A stretch of 64,000 nt of DNA from the human T2T-CHM13v2.0 reference genome, Homo sapiens. The number at the start of each line of letters is the position of its first letter. The stretch's first letter is position 1. The translations under genes were made by a program, and so were the position numbers. The stretch lies in NCBI RefSeq assembly GCF_009914755.1, contig NC_060925.1, one strand, 5' to 3'. The notes beneath the pieces were generated by a model that ran no database searches, was not told the DNA's origin, and saw only the letters and a program-made list of their open reading frames with translations. Below are positions 1 through 26,376 of the stretch, one piece after another.

Positions 1-123
1 CTGGGCCTGCGTACGGTACAGCGCCCTTGGGAAGCCCTTGTGGAGTTAAGGGTGATGCCCACTTCTTTGTCTCCCTCATTCTGTTTCGGTGGCTCTCTCG
101 TTCCCAGTTCCAAGCTGCCCACT

Positions 124-989
124 TGTTAGAGGAGCCACTGCTTACCAGGCATCTGGTTTAATAAAACATGGCTAGAGCGACTGCATGTTAAAGTGAGTAA
201 CTAGGCACTCACAAGGCACCTATAAGGTTAATGCTAAAGGTCTGAAAATAGCCGCATTCTAAGCTGACCAACAATTATAATTACACAATATTTATGGCCA
301 TACAGGACATCTCCCACCAAGTCTGCGGAATTGTCCAGATGTCCTGAGTTTTTTTTTTTTTTTTAGACAAGGTCTCACTTTGTCGCCCAGGCTAGGCTGG
401 AGGGCAGTGTGGTGCGATCTCAGCTCACTGCAACCTCCGCCTCCCAGGTTCAAGTAGTTCTCCTGCCTCAGCCTCCTGAGTAGCTGGGACTACAGGCATG
501 CACCACCACGCCTGGCTACTGGCTTTTTTTTTTTTTTTTTTTTTTTTAAATAGATGGCATCTCAGTATGTTGCCCAGGCTGGTCTCGAACTCCTGGGCTC
601 AAGGGAGACTCCTGTCCGGCCTCCCACAGTGCTGGGATTACAGACGTGGCCACCGAGCCCGGCCCAGCCCTCTACTCAGAGATAACGTCAATGCGCAGGC
701 TTAGGTTGAAGGATTAATGGTCATTAGTGCACCAACAGCCCCTACCTTTAGTGGGCACATCAGCACATTCCACGATTAATCACAGCTCCTCACAGCTGCC
801 TCTAAGTAGTGACACTACCGAAGGACGGGAGTTCCTCCTCCTGCAGTCTGAGGACTTGCACTCTCTAACGGAGTAGATTCCAATAAACTTGCTTCCTTCA
901 CTGCGCTCTGTGACTCGCCTCCAATTCTTCCCTGAAGTAGACCCAAGAACCCTCTCTTGGGGTCTGGATCGAGACCCCTTTTTCCAGCA

Positions 990-992
<3 letters not shown>
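124..992 (+). mobile_element. ERV1-class solo LTR (MER41-like), interrupted by an antisense Alu
   Basis: Starts TGTTAGAGG; AATAAA at ~882; ends CCAAGAACCCTCTCTTGGGGTCTGGATCGAGACCCCTTTTTCCAGCAACA, resembling the MER41-group 3' terminus; subfamily uncertain. Confidence 0.6.
349..667 (-). mobile_element. Alu SINE
   Basis: Poly-T followed by reverse-complement Alu dimer. Confidence 0.95.
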
Positions 993-2253
<1,261 letters not shown>

Positions 2254-2414
2254 TGAACTGCCCCAGGAGGTATTTGTCTATAAAAGAGGAGATGAAGCCG
2301 TTGAATAGGAGGCCGTCTTGGATTGAAGTGGGCTATAAATTTCTTTGTAAGGACAAAATTTTCCAAACGACCTTGTCATCTTGCTTTGAAAATTACCTAT
2401 AAAATAATTAACTG

Positions 2415-2905
<491 letters not shown>

Positions 2906-2969
2906 TTAATTTCATATATTAGCAGTCAGCACAGTTCCTGGCACATAAGGGACACATAAATGACTGCTA

Positions 2970-3104
<135 letters not shown>

Positions 3105-4632
3105 TTAGTGGGGCATGGTGTGGTGCATGCCTGTAATTCCAGCTACTCAGGTGGCCAAGGCATGAGAATCTACATGCTTATTGCTTTATAGTCATTTCCC
3201 TTATCTAAAAGTACAGAAGATGGAGTAGGTTGAACTATAGTTGTTTGTCCAAAATAATTTATGACTGATACTTGAGTTGGTTGCATCTGCAGGTTTGGAC
3301 AGAAGCTATTATAAAGTTTTTTGTGTGTGTGGTTTTTTTTTTTTTTTTTTTGTAGAAATGGGGTTTCTCCATGTTGCTCATGCTTGTCTCGAACTGCTGA
3401 GCTCAAGCTCTCTGCCCACCTCTGCCTCCCGAAGTGCTGGGATTACAGGTGTGAACCACCACGCCCGGCCATGATTACATTTTCTTTGTCACACATCTCT
3501 CAGTTTAAATTCATTTTTAAATATTCAGTAGCATTTCTTGATCCCATTTAGAGTTGCCCAGTCACTCTCTTTACATTATTTTACTTTAATTCTCCTTATA
3601 GCACTCATCCCTGTCTCATATGTTATTGTTTACATGTTCATATGTTACTTACCTATTACTTTTCTCTTATCCCCACCATTAGATTGTAAGTTTCATGAAA
3701 ATAGGAATGTGGTCTGAATGTACACAGCTGTATCACCAGCATTTATTACTCTCCATAAAACCATGTTGAATAAATAAAGGAGCTTCAGACTCATACAGAT
3801 ACTGGCCAGCTGGATAGTCTACTTGGATATCTCATGGGAACACACCACTCAAAATTGCTTTCTCCTTGCTCATTTCCCTTTATCTCTAATGCCACTGTCT
3901 TGGTTTGGGCCACCCACAGCTCTCACCTAGAGCTTGCTAACTGTCCTCCCTATCTGTAGCCCTTGCTGTCTTCCCTCTGTTCTCGCATTCATCCAGCGTG
4001 GTCTTTTACAATGTGCAAATCTGTTCCGGGCACATCCTTACCCCCTGCAGTGGCTTCCATTGTCCTTAGGATAAAATTCAAACACTCTAGTGTGACATAT
4101 GGGACCCTCCAGATCTGCCTCCTGCCAGCCCTTCCACTTTATCTGTATGCACAACCCCTGTCCCCACAGACATATGCTTTCTCTGCTCTGTGCAGAACTA
4201 TGCCTACTTATAGTTTCTCACAAGGTCGTGCCCTTTCCCTCCTGGCCTTGTATGTAATGTCCTGTTGGCTTGGAATATTTCTTCACTTGACTAACTCCAA
4301 TTTCTTATTCAGATCTTTGCTCCTCCAGGAACTTTTTCTGAACCCCATTTCTTTTCATTCTTTTTGATAGCTGAATAATATTTCTATATAAGGTGCTCCC
4401 CCAAAGTACTCTCTTAGCTACCATGATCATATGTCCCAGTTTGCTTGGGATAGTCCAGGTGGTACACCTGTTGTCTGGTATGATTACTAATGAAGTCCCT
4501 TTCATTCTGAAGAGTATTCTAGATGGATAGTAAATTACGTGGTCTCCCCAGTCTTGGCACTGTTTACGTCTCAATCACAGTACTGTATTACCACCCTCTC
4601 TTGTAATTACCAGTTATATTCTTTCTATCTAG

Positions 4633-4952
<320 letters not shown>

Positions 4953-5139
4953 TCTATCTAGCTTTTTGTAAGGGAGCAAATGAAATATTTGATAAGTGTG
5001 ACTATCTCTGCCTCAGACTCCTTTCTTGGGCCCTTCCTCCTCACGCCCTTCCTCCTAAAAATCTTCCTCCTAAAAACCTTCCTCCATTGAACCTCCTAAT
5101 AGTTTGATTTTATTTCTTGTGATTATGATATTTAGCCAT

Positions 5140-6085
5140 ATTTTTTGTTGAGGTAAAATTCACATAACATAAAACTAACCATTTGAATGTGTACAATTCA
5201 GTGGCGTTTAGTACATTTACAGTGTTGTGCAACTGTTACTTCTGTCTAGTTTCAAAACATTTTTATCCACCCGCAAAGAAGGCCCAATACCTACTAAACA
5301 GTCACTTCCCCATCATTGCCCCCTCCCCTAGCCTGTGGCAAGTACTAGTTTCCCTTCTCTTTCTGTGGATTGACCTGTTCTGGATATTTCATATAAATGG
5401 AATCATACAGTAGGTGACCTTTTGTGTCTGGCTTCTTTCACTTAGCTTATTTGCAAAGTTCATCCATGTTGTAGCACTGTATCAGTACTTCATTCCTTTT
5501 TAATAGCTGAATAATATTTCATTGTATGAATATACCACATTTTGTTTATCCATTTATCTGTTGATAAATGTTTGGGTTATTTTCACCTTTTGGTTATTGT
5601 GGTAATGTGAATAGGGCTGCTGTGAACATTCATATGTAATTATTTGTTTGAATTTCTGTTTTCAGTTTTGGGGACATATACCTAGGAGTAGAATTGCTAG
5701 GTCATATGGTAATTCTATGTTAAACTTATTAAGGAACTGCCAAACTTGTCTGCAGTGGCTGCACCATTTTATAGTCCCACCAGCCGTATTCAAGGGTTCC
5801 AATTTTTCCACATTCTTGCCAACACTTTTATATTGCTATTATTGTTATTATAGTAGCCATGCTACCTGGTGTGGAGTGGTATCTTATGGTTTTGATTCGG
5901 GCATGTTTTCAAATGCTTATTGACCGTTTGTATATCTTCTTTGGAGAAATGTCTATTCAAGTCTTTTGCCCATTTTAAAATTGGGATATTGCTTTTTTGT
6001 TGTTGAGCTGTAATAGTTCTTTATATATTCTGGAAGCTATACCCTGATCAGATATATAATTTACAAATTTTTCTGATTCTGTAGG
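5140..6085 (-). mobile_element. Old L1 (L1M) 3' fragment
   Basis: Typical reverse L1M 3' sequence (ATAAATGGAATCATACAG, TTGGAGAAATGTCTATTC). Confidence 0.85.
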
Positions 6086-6289
6086 TCATCTTTTGTCAGC
6101 CTTATTTTGCATATTCTTATTCCCCTTTTGTAAGCATCTGCAGGGCAAGGACTGTATATTACACAGCTTTATAATAGCAGCATCACTCAGATGGTAGGAA
6201 CTCAGTAAATGTTTTTTGGATAGGAGAGATATTGGTGAGCAATTTCCCTTTAACAATACAATAGTAAAAAAGACATTAGAGCATAGTAG

Positions 6290-6592
<303 letters not shown>

Positions 6593-6681
6593 TTAATTTT
6601 CAAAGCACCTTTATAAACACTAGCTGTCCTCTTTATGTTCTGTTAATTGCCAGCATTTACTTTTTTCTCTAATGATAATAG

Positions 6682-6858
<177 letters not shown>

Positions 6859-8121
6859 TGAATTACTTTCCCTAAAGCTTAAATGAATGCATGATAGAAA
6901 TTTGAGAATAACTAACTCTGGAAATTTTTGTTGATAATATCTCAAGTGTCACGTGCTTTGTTTCATTCTTCCATGCCCTGTCTTGCTCAGGTAATGAATG
7001 CTACAACCCTAGGGATGTTATGGCCCACTACATTTATTTTCACATTGTGAAGGGTTTGAAGACTAATTCATTTATCCCTCTACTAACTTTTCTTCTTGGT
7101 AACTGTTGGTTTCAAATATATTACCTGCCTCCTCTTCCCATATTCGCCTACATGGTCTGCATCTTATGCCTCTTATGCCTACCTAGCCAGGAACAAGTTC
7201 TTGCCATGCTTTGAAGTGATGCACGTAGGCTATGGTCTTTCTGGTAATGCTAAATTCTCCCAAGGATTTCCAATTTAACAATTAACTGGATCTGAAAATG
7301 TTGACTAGTGAATGGTCCTGGGCAGCAGCAAGCTGTTCAGCAGAATTTCAAACTGTGGCAACTATCTACTTGTTAGGCCACTCCAGCAAAGCACGGCTGC
7401 CACCACTCGTCACTGAGTCCTCTCGTCTGAGCCTGTCTCTTGAAGCAGTCAGTCAAAATCAACTGCAAGCAGCCATCATCAGTTTGGAAGAAGCTTTGGG
7501 AAGGTCTGCTTTTTAAAGTTTATTTTTAATGGGAAACTTTTGATTTCAGGGAAAAGGATAGGTAAGGTTTATTTAAGTAATATAGCTGCTAGCATAACTA
7601 TAATATTGCCCTTTAGGCACTCATCTGAAATTGATTTGAAGAGGAAAAGAACTAATAAAGTTGAAATGCCATCTTTTAATCATTCAAATTTATAATTTCA
7701 TTATAGCTGGAGTTTTAAATTTATATACTAGTTTTTACAATGGCTATAATAGTAATGGAAAATTCATATTTTGTGATCTCCAGATATAAAATTCTTAGTT
7801 TTCAAAGAAATGTATGCTGAAGATTCTAGAGTGTTTGGGTAGAGACTGCCTTGGTAGATGAACTGCAGGATCCAGGTACAGGAAGCTCAGCCCACATACT
7901 TAATTTCCCTTAATATAATGAGCAGAATGTTCTCTTGGTAACATATGAAGTATTCAAACATGTCTAATCCACTTGTTGGTTTTGGTTTTCAGTTAGTTAT
8001 GGAGTGGCATATTTGTAATGTGCAGACTACTAAGAAGGACACATTATTCCTATCCTATTTTAGCAGTTTAGCAAAGTTTTAAAAGAAATTTGTATTCTTA
8101 AAAAAAAAACACCAAAATTCT

Positions 8122-8362
8122 TTTTTTTTTTATTATAAGTTTTAGGGTACATGTGCACAACGTGCAGGTTTGTTACATATGTATACATGTGCCATGTTGG
8201 TGTGCTGCACCCATTAACTCGTCATTTACATTAGGTATATCTCCTAATGCTATCCCTCCCCCCGCCCCCCATCCCACAATAGGTCCCGGTGTGTGATGTT
8301 CCCCTTCCAGTGTCCATGTGTTCTCATTGTTCAGTTCCCACCTATGAGTGAGAGCATGCGGT
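8122..8362 (-). mobile_element. 5'-truncated L1PA 3' end
   Basis: TTTTAGGGTACATGTGCACAACGTGCAGG L1PA terminus; TSD AAAAACACCA(A/C)AATTCT. Confidence 0.92.
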
Positions 8363-8464
8363 AAAAACACCACAATTCTTAAGTCTGCTTTTCTGGTAGC
8401 CATGTTTGATTTGCTAGATGAAATAGGAAATACATTTTGCATAAATGGACCTTCCATTTGCAAT

Positions 8465-9426
<962 letters not shown>

Positions 9427-10811
9427 AAAATTCTCTTTCTTTTGATTACTTTTGTGTCTTCACATAAATTCTGATTTTCCTTTTTTTTTTTTTTTTAAAT
9501 CCTCTTCAATTGCTTGTCTCAGAAAGAAGTGAGAAAGTAAGAGATTGCATGTAAGATATCACGAAATCATACATGTGATGTGTGTATGTTTAAACTGCTA
9601 CAAATAAAAGATCTTTACTTGTTGAAGGAGGGAGACCAAGAATGATAATAATAGGTATGACTATTGGCATATTACCCTTTGTTATTTGAGAAATTAAAAG
9701 AGATCTGATTATGTACTTAACTAATTATGTACTCATGGCCTACAGGTAGAGAGTGGAAATAGAAATGAGGGGAAAATAATGGGAAATATGGCATTAAACA
9801 AAGGCTCTTTGTCAACTTTTGCTTGGAGGACTCTAATTTTAATTTTATGATCCCAAGCATATTATAAAAGCAAGATAGTATACAGCTGTGATATGAAAGT
9901 CTTAAGTTGAAAATTGTGACATTTAAATAGAACACATACTTGTTTTCCTCATTCCCAAATATTTGCTATTGAGCAAACTTTGGATTACTTAAAAAAATCC
10001 ATACCAAATAAAGTTCCTTAATTACTAAAAGGTGATTTTACTTCTCTCTGAATTCTATCCATACTTACTTTGGAAGTCCCACCACGTCCTCATAAAATAA
10101 TTTAATTTTGTTGAGATTTTTCCGCAACGTGACATGTACTAAATTGATACTCAGCAGTCTGCTTAAAATATTTTCTCAAAGGTTCATGCCATGTAACTGT
10201 TCCTCTCCCTCATGGAGCTTATATTGAGTATAATCCATCTAGTGTTTCCAGGAATTAACCCAAGCATTCCACTGAATTTCACACTAATACCCTATTCCTA
10301 TTAGGAGAACTCTATTATAGCCTCAAACATTTGGTTTGTTGGTATGTGCCAAACATGTTTGGAGGCTTACTACATGCTGTATCTCATTTAATCCTCATGA
10401 CTCTGTGAGGAGGGTACCAATATTCCCATTTTATAGACAAGGAAACTGAGGCACAGAATTTAGTTAAATCTAATTTGTCCAAGGTTATAGTAAACACTGA
10501 AGGTCAGATTTAAGCCTAGACAATTTAACTCCCTATATAAAAGTTACAGATAAAAAATAACATTTTAATTTTTACTGAGCCTTATTTTTTGTTTGAATTC
10601 AGATTCTTGCATAAGTGGTAATGCTGTTGTATTTAAAAGCTGTTCTTGTGCAGCAGAGCAGTAAACTATGTCATTTAACTCATGTGTCAGTTAAAATACT
10701 TTCCTGATTCACTAAAATGAGTGGATGACAGAAGCCAAAAGTAATCACAATAAAAATATTTAATATTAATATGCTTAAACACATAAGCATATAATGTGTG
10801 CATAATTTTAC

Positions 10812-11717
10812 TTTTTTTTTTTTTTTTGAGATGGAGTCTCGCTCTTTCACCCAGGCAGGAGTACAGTGGCGCGATCTTGGCTCACTGCAAGCTCTGCCTC
10901 CCGGGTTCACACCATTCTCCTGCCTCAGCCTCCTGAGTAGCTGGGACTACAGGCACCCGCCACCGCGCCCGGCTAATTTTTTGTATTTTTAGTAGAGATG
11001 GGGTTTCACCGTGTTAGCCAGGATGGTCTCGATCTCCTGACCTCATGATTCGCCCACCTCAGCCTCTCAAAGTGCTGGGATTACAGGTGTGATAATTTTA
11101 CTTTTAATTCTTTTTTAAGAGATGGGGTCTCGCCCTGTCACCCAGGCTGGAGTGCAGTGGCACAATCTCAGCTCACTGCACCCTTGATCTCCTGGCCAGG
11201 CTTAAGCAATCTTCCTACCTCAGCCCTCTGAGTAGCTGGGACTACAGGTGTGTGCTATCATGCCTGGCTATTTTTTATATTTTTTGTAGACAGGGTTTCA
11301 CCATGTTGCCCAGGCTGTTCCCAGCTTGCCTTGGGCTCCCAAAGTGCTGGGATTACAGGCATGAGCCACCATGCCCAGCTGCTTTTGATTCTTAATTCAA
11401 GATATCTATAAACTTTATTTTATTTTATTTTATTTTGAGACAGAGTTTAGCTCTTGTTGCCCAGGCTGGAGTGCAGTGACGCGATCTCCGCTCACCGCAA
11501 CCTCCGCCTCCCGGATTCAAGCCATTCTGCTCAGCCTCCCGAGTAGCTGGAATTACAGGCGTGCACCACCACACCCGGCTAATTTTGTATTTTTAGTAGA
11601 GGCAGGGTTTCTCCATGTTGGTCAGGCTGGATTCAAACTCCTGACCTCAGGTGATCCGCTTGTCTCGGCCTCCCAAAGTGCTGGGATTATAGGCGTGAAC
11701 CACCATGCCTGGCCCGG
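10812..11717 (-). mobile_element. Three tandem antisense Alus (Y-like, J-like, S-like)
   Basis: Reverse Alu sequences; first has TSD ATAATTTTACTTTT. Confidence 0.9.
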
Positions 11718-12549
11718 CTGCATACTCTTAACAGAAATACATTTAACTTAGTCTGTAAGAATTTCAGACTCCTGAGGCAGTCTCTGATTTTTTTAAATAA
11801 ATATTCCTCAAAAAAAGACAATATTTTTGTGTTGCACTTGATAATTACAGAATTATTTTACATATATTGTATCATGTAATCTTCATAACAGCTTGCTATT
11901 GTTATTTACATTTTATCGATGAGAAAGCTGTAAAGGTGAGAGACAGGAGTTTACTTCCTCAAAGTCATACAGTGAGCTGAGGCAGAGCCAGGATTCAAAC
12001 ATTTATTTGTCTTATAATAACCTAATATATGTGATATATGCCTGAATCACACAGGGACAAATAACGAAATTTTAAAAATGTTAAAATACGGTTTTAAAAT
12101 GTAAAAGTAGCCCTAAACAGCAATAGATTTGCAACGTATTCATCACAGGAGGAAAAGTTTGAATGTGGTGCTCGAGAATATTTTGGCTACTTTATAAGAC
12201 TAACACCAGAAGTGGAGAATAACTGCTTCAAATAATCAGTTGTTTTATTGGTGCAAATTTTTGGTTGGGAGAAGACAATAGAAAGCTATTATTTTTCTGT
12301 TTCAAAGGAGAAAGAAGAAGCCATATTTCATCCTTTGAAAGTAGCAGTTAGGTGTAAACAAGGCCATAGATCCATGGCTTTTTGTTTCTCTTTCTTCAAG
12401 TAGACTTAAGTTCGACTTTCCTACAACATGTAGCTGGTAAATACAGGCTTGATTTTTGCCAAAAGATAGTTTGACTTCCTGAAACTAACAGATAACTCTT
12501 GTATTCAAAAAATAAATGTAATGGATTTAAAGACTGGTAAGAAGTATTT

Positions 12550-15310
<2,761 letters not shown>

Positions 15311-15661
15311 TGAACTGAATTTAAAAGTAGAATTGTTGAATATTTAATGTAGTAAAAATTAGTCTTTCTTAGGTAAAAATAGAATAATCAGTAGGCAAGG
15401 TTGTGGCATATTATTGATGGTTTTGCAGTTCACTTATATGAATTGGCCATATCTCTGAGTTTTAGTCAGTTTCAGAGAACTGAGATGACAGTGTTAAACT
15501 ATTCTTCACTTAGAAATCAGTGAAAATGAAAACCCTTACCATAAAAGACTTATATACCTCTTTAAACTTAAACTGTATTCTGTCTGCTCACTAAGAATGA
15601 TACATATAATTACATATTGTAATATATAACAACATATTGTATATATATTAAATATACATAA

Positions 15662-15892
<231 letters not shown>

Positions 15893-16030
15893 TAACCTAA
15901 TGGTTTGAACTTCAATGAGATTGGCCTGTTAACTCTACAGCATAATCATGAACTTAAACTAAAAGCAGAAAATCCAGGATGGATCTTCTTACATATTTTT
16001 AAAAATAATAATTTTTAAAAGGTAGTTTTT

Positions 16031-20742
<4,712 letters not shown>

Positions 20743-20989
20743 ATGAATGAACTTTCTGAACCTGATAAAGCTTATCTACAAAGACCCTATAGCAAATATT
20801 ATACTAAAGGCAAACGTTAGAGCCATTATCCTTAAGAATCAATAAGAAGTATCCTTAAGGATATTTATTGTCATCACTTCTGTTCAACATCTAACTGGAG
20901 GTCCTGGCTGGCTCAGTAACACAAGAAAGAAGAAAAGGTATACGAAACAGAAAAAAAGGTGTTATTGCTCATAGTATGATTCTGCATAT

Positions 20990-21203
20990 CAGAGGTCAGC
21001 AAACCATGACCCATGAGCCAAATCTGGACATTGCCTGTTTTTATATTAAAGTTTTGTTTGACTACATATTGTCTATAGCTGCTTTTGAACTACCAGGGCA
21101 GAGTTGAGTAGTGACATTAGTTACATTAGAGACCGTATGTCCTACAAAGCTAACAAAGGTTTACTACCTGGTCCTTTACAGAAAATGTTTAGTGATCACC
21201 CAT
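20990..21203. mobile_element. MER58-like hAT-Charlie MITE
   Basis: CAGAGGTCAGCAAAC...GGGCAGAGTTGAGTAG...TGGTCCTTTACAGAAAATGTTT. Confidence 0.75.
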
Positions 21204-21224
21204 CTATTAAAATAATACAAGAGA

Positions 21225-21556
21225 GACCAGGCGCGGTGGCTCAGGCCTGTAATCCAAGAACTTTGGGAGGCCGAGGCGGGCGGATCACGAGGTCAGGAGA
21301 TCGAGACCATCCTGGCTAACATGGTGAAACCCTGTCTCTTCTAAAAATACAAAAAATGAGCCGGGCATGGTGGTGGGTGCCTGTAGTCCCAGCTACTCGG
21401 GAGGCTGAGGCAGGAGAATGGCGTGAACCTGAGAGGTCCGCCTCTCAGTGAGAGGCACTTGCAGTAAGTCCGCTTGCAGTGAGCTGAGATCGCACCACTG
21501 CAACTCCAGCCTGGGCGACAGAGTGAGTCTCCGTCTCAAAAAAAAAAAAAAAAAAA
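21225..21556 (+). mobile_element. AluY with internal rearranged insert
   Basis: GAGATCGAGACCATCCTGGCTAAC and GAATGGCGTGAAC diagnostics; TSD AAAATA..CAAGAGA-like. Confidence 0.9.
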
Positions 21557-22588
21557 TACAAGAGAACCTAGAGACAACTATTAAAACTAATAAGAATGAG
21601 TTAGCAAAGTTACTAAATAGCTGACAATGTGAAAATATCAATTGCATTCCTATGTATATATAGGTATTGTATTCCTATGAAAAGATATCTTTTATAATAG
21701 CAACTAAAACTATAAAGATATCTTAGAATAAATACACCAAAAGAACTTCATAGAGAAAATTAGAAAACATTGAAAGGGATAAAGGGAGACCTGCATCCTA
21801 GGCAATGTGGCAAAACCTCATCTCTACAAAAAATACAAAAATTAGCCAGACACGGTGCTCTGTGCCTGTAGTCCCAGCTAGTTGTGGGGCTGAGATAGGA
21901 GGATTGCTTGAGCCCAGGAGGTCAAGGCTGCAGTGAGCTGTGTTTGTGCCACTGTACTGCAGTCTGGGTGACAAAGTGAGATCCTGTCTCAAAAAAAAAA
22001 AGACCTAAATAATTTATTTTTTCTCCAGCCACCTCTCCCCTAAATAATTTAAATGGAGGGATATACCATGTTATAAAAGATTTAAGATTATAAGGATGCC
22101 AGTTAATCCTTACAGGACCACTGTGTTATCAAATGCCAGTTGTAGATTTGGATTGATTTTTTAAAAACCAGATACAGAAACTGCTTAGGAAATTAAAGAG
22201 TTTATTTGTTGAAGGAATTATAAGGAGGAAGGAGTTGGGAAACACTGTGGAGAGTTCAACAGTATTTTCTGATAAAGTTCGAGTAGTTTCTCGACTTCAT
22301 GTTCTTCACCAAAGGGGTCCAGAGTTAGGGATCATAATGTTTGCGTGAGGGTCACAGCATACCTTTTAGACATGTCCCTGTCCCCCTCCATGCCTAATAT
22401 GATATATATAAGCTTGGAGCAGTCTTGCTTGTGGGATACTCTGGATAAGGAATAATACTTCTAGAATAGAGCTTCGGGATCATATATGCAGTGTCCCAAA
22501 CTCAGGACCCAAATGGACTAAGATAAAATTTTTTTTGGAAAAAAATTATCGGTAATAAAGTCTATAATATAAATAGATGTCTTTATAG

Positions 22589-22898
<310 letters not shown>

Positions 22899-24270
22899 TG
22901 ATTCCTTACTATCCCAACTGTTGCTGTTTGCTCTCTGAAACTTAGATACCATACTCTAGGTTCAGATAACATAGTATTTTTTTTTTTTTTTGGCTGTTAT
23001 AATTCTTCATCCAAATTTTTGCTATCCTTATTTCAGTATGTATTAGATTCAAAATCACCATAGGGTGCAGTGCAGTAGAGTACACTCAGGCCTGAGCACA
23101 GGCCTCATTTGTTATCCTCATCTTCCGCAGGCTAACCCAGCGTGGTCCACGTGCATTCTTGAGCTCAGTGGGAAGTTGAATAACAAAGGCCAGTTACCCA
23201 GGTGTTTTTGATAAGTGTTGTTAACAAGTTTTTAGACGAGCTATAGGTCTCATCCTTTAATCGCCAGTTTAAACAGGGATTGTAATGGAACAAACCAACT
23301 GTAAAAATTCCTGTGAGTGAAGTAAGGGCCAAGAACAGCAAAGATAATTTTGATGAAGAACATGGTGAGGGACTCATTCTTAGTTATCAAAATTTATAAA
23401 TCTATGGTAATTAAGATGCCATGAGTAAGGGATAGACATCAGATCACTGGAACAGAATAGAGAGCCCAGAGACCTACCTTGGGTGTCACTTGACCTAGGC
23501 TAGCTTATATTAATCCTGCTGGCCAGGTGCAGTGGCACATGCCTGTAATTCCAGCACTTTGGTAGGACAAGGCAGGCAGATCACCTGAGGTCAGGAATTC
23601 AAGACCAGTGTGGCCAACATGGTGAAACCCGGTCTCTAATAAAAATACAAAAATTAGCCAGGTGTGTTGGTGGGCACCTGTAATCCCAGCTACTCAGGAG
23701 GCTGAGGCAGGAGAATCACTTGAGCCTGGCAGATGGAGGTTGCAGTGAGCCGAAACTGCTATTTCACTCCATCCTGAGCAACAGAGTGAGACTCCTTATT
23801 AAAAAAAAAAAAAAAAAAAGAAGTCCTGCTAAAAAACTTCAGTGGCCTGAAACATGAAAAGTTTATTTCTTGCTAAAACTGCATGTCCAGTGTGAATTGA
23901 CAGCTAGTTTCTGCTCATCAAAGTTACTCAAGGATACAGCCTGACATCTCTGTAAATGCTTCCATGATTACTAAGGCAGAAAACAGGGAATGTCACCTTT
24001 GCTTATATTTAAAGTCATGTTGCCATGCCTAGAAAAATAAAAACTAGAATATTTGCAAACTGCTCTAATAACTAGTACATTATACATATAGGAAAACTTG
24101 AGGTTTTGCAGAAGAGGAACTGTTTGGTAAATTGTCCCAGGATAATTGATTGTCCATATGGGAAAAATAAACTAAAATTAGATCTCTACATCATACCATG
24201 CATAAAAATGAATTATAGTAGAGACCAAAGAGTAAAAATAAGAACTTTAAAGTTTTAGGAACAAATATAG

Positions 24271-24604
<334 letters not shown>

Positions 24605-26376
24605 TGATCCACCTGCCTCAGCCTCCCAAAGTGTTGGGATTACACGCGTGAGCCACTGCGCCCAGCCAAGAATTTCTTAATGCAAAAAACATAAACCCTA
24701 AAGAAGTATATTGATAAATATGATTATATTAAAATAATCTTTTCTAGGAAGACATTATTGAAAAAGGGAAAAGACAGGACTTAGACTATGAGAAAATTGT
24801 CTGCAATGCATATAACCAACAAAGGATTAGTATTAGTTAAAAATAACTCCTACAAATCAGAAAGAGCAAACAATCCAAGGACACCAGAAGACATTTGTGT
24901 GTCTGTGTCTGTGTGTATTGTTCTTATGTGATATTCAGCCTTAACAGTAATCAAGGAAATACAAATCAAAGCCAGAGTAAGATGTAATATCACACACATT
25001 CACATTGGCAAAATAATTTAAAATCTGGTGAAAACAAATTTGGCAAGGATGTGGAGCAGTAGGAACTCTGCTGGTAGTATGAACGGATAACAACTACTTT
25101 GAAGAGCAAATTGCTTATATCTAGAAAGTAGAAGGTCTACTCTAGATATATACTTAGAGAAGCTCTTATGTATAAGAACAAAAACATAATACTCATTGCA
25201 GTCTTGTTTTAAACAGTGAAAAACTAAAAAAGAAACCCTTAAGTGTCTATTGACAGGACGAGATAATTAAATTGAAGTATATTAACATAATAGAATACTG
25301 TACAACAGAAAACTAATGAACTACAACAAAAAATATCAACATGGATACATCTCAAAACCATCTCAATATAGTGTAACAAGAGCAAGTTGCAGATGGATAC
25401 AAATAATATTTATATACTTACAGAATACTTCTAATTGTTTATGAATATGCATATATGGTAATATATAAAATGATAAGCACCAAGCTCAAGCTAGGGCTTG
25501 ACTTTGGTAAAGAATAGGATTGGGAAAAGTCTGAAAAATGAATCTGAAGCAAAGATGGAAAAATGTTAATGTTTGCCAAATCCGGGTGATATATGAGGAT
25601 ATTTGTTGTATTCTCTATGCTATTTTATATTCTTAAAATATTTAATAATAGATAAATAATAAACTTAAGTTTTAGCTTAATTTAGGTTAAGAGTCTTACC
25701 TAAATTCATACAATACATGCTAGGAGACATCAGGATTCAAACCTATCCTGTGCTTCTCATAGCCAGTTGTTTTTATTGTTCACTTCTAAAGTATCCTTTG
25801 GGAGGCGAGGCAGTAGAATTGCTTGAACCCAGGAGACGGAGGTTGTAGTGAGCTGAGATTGCACCACTACTCTCCAGCCTGGCAACAGAGCAAGGCTCCA
25901 TCTCAAAAAAAAAAGTATTAACTGATTTTGTCTTATGAATTTTCAGTAAGTCTTTGATACAAAAAGGTAAGATCTCTGAAGCACAGTTTCTGTTAGGCTT
26001 TGCACATTTGTTGGCTGTAGTAGTACATTGTAGGAATTCAGTAAACAATCCATTGCTTGACTGGTTGCCATATATGTGTTGCATGTGGGGGTATGATTTA
26101 TGGTCAGTATATCTCAATCTAAATAATAATAGTATTAGGACAGAGTTCTGCTATTATATCTTTAGTACAGTTAGGTGTTAAATTCATTAGTCCAGGTTCT
26201 GAAAGGGAATGACAATGGTTTTTAATTTCCTTTATCAACTGTGTTAAGAAATGTATTTCCACAATTGTCACATAATATTCCATGTCACTTCATGAACTGG
26301 TAAATGACACACTTTTAGTATTCTCTTTATTATTGTAGGTATCATGACTTAATATCATCTTTATTTATTATTGTAG

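Noticed and set aside
7020-7520. Non-repetitive intron 2 segment as a hidden exon or pseudogene
   Set aside because: No recognisable homology or convincing splice-site pair
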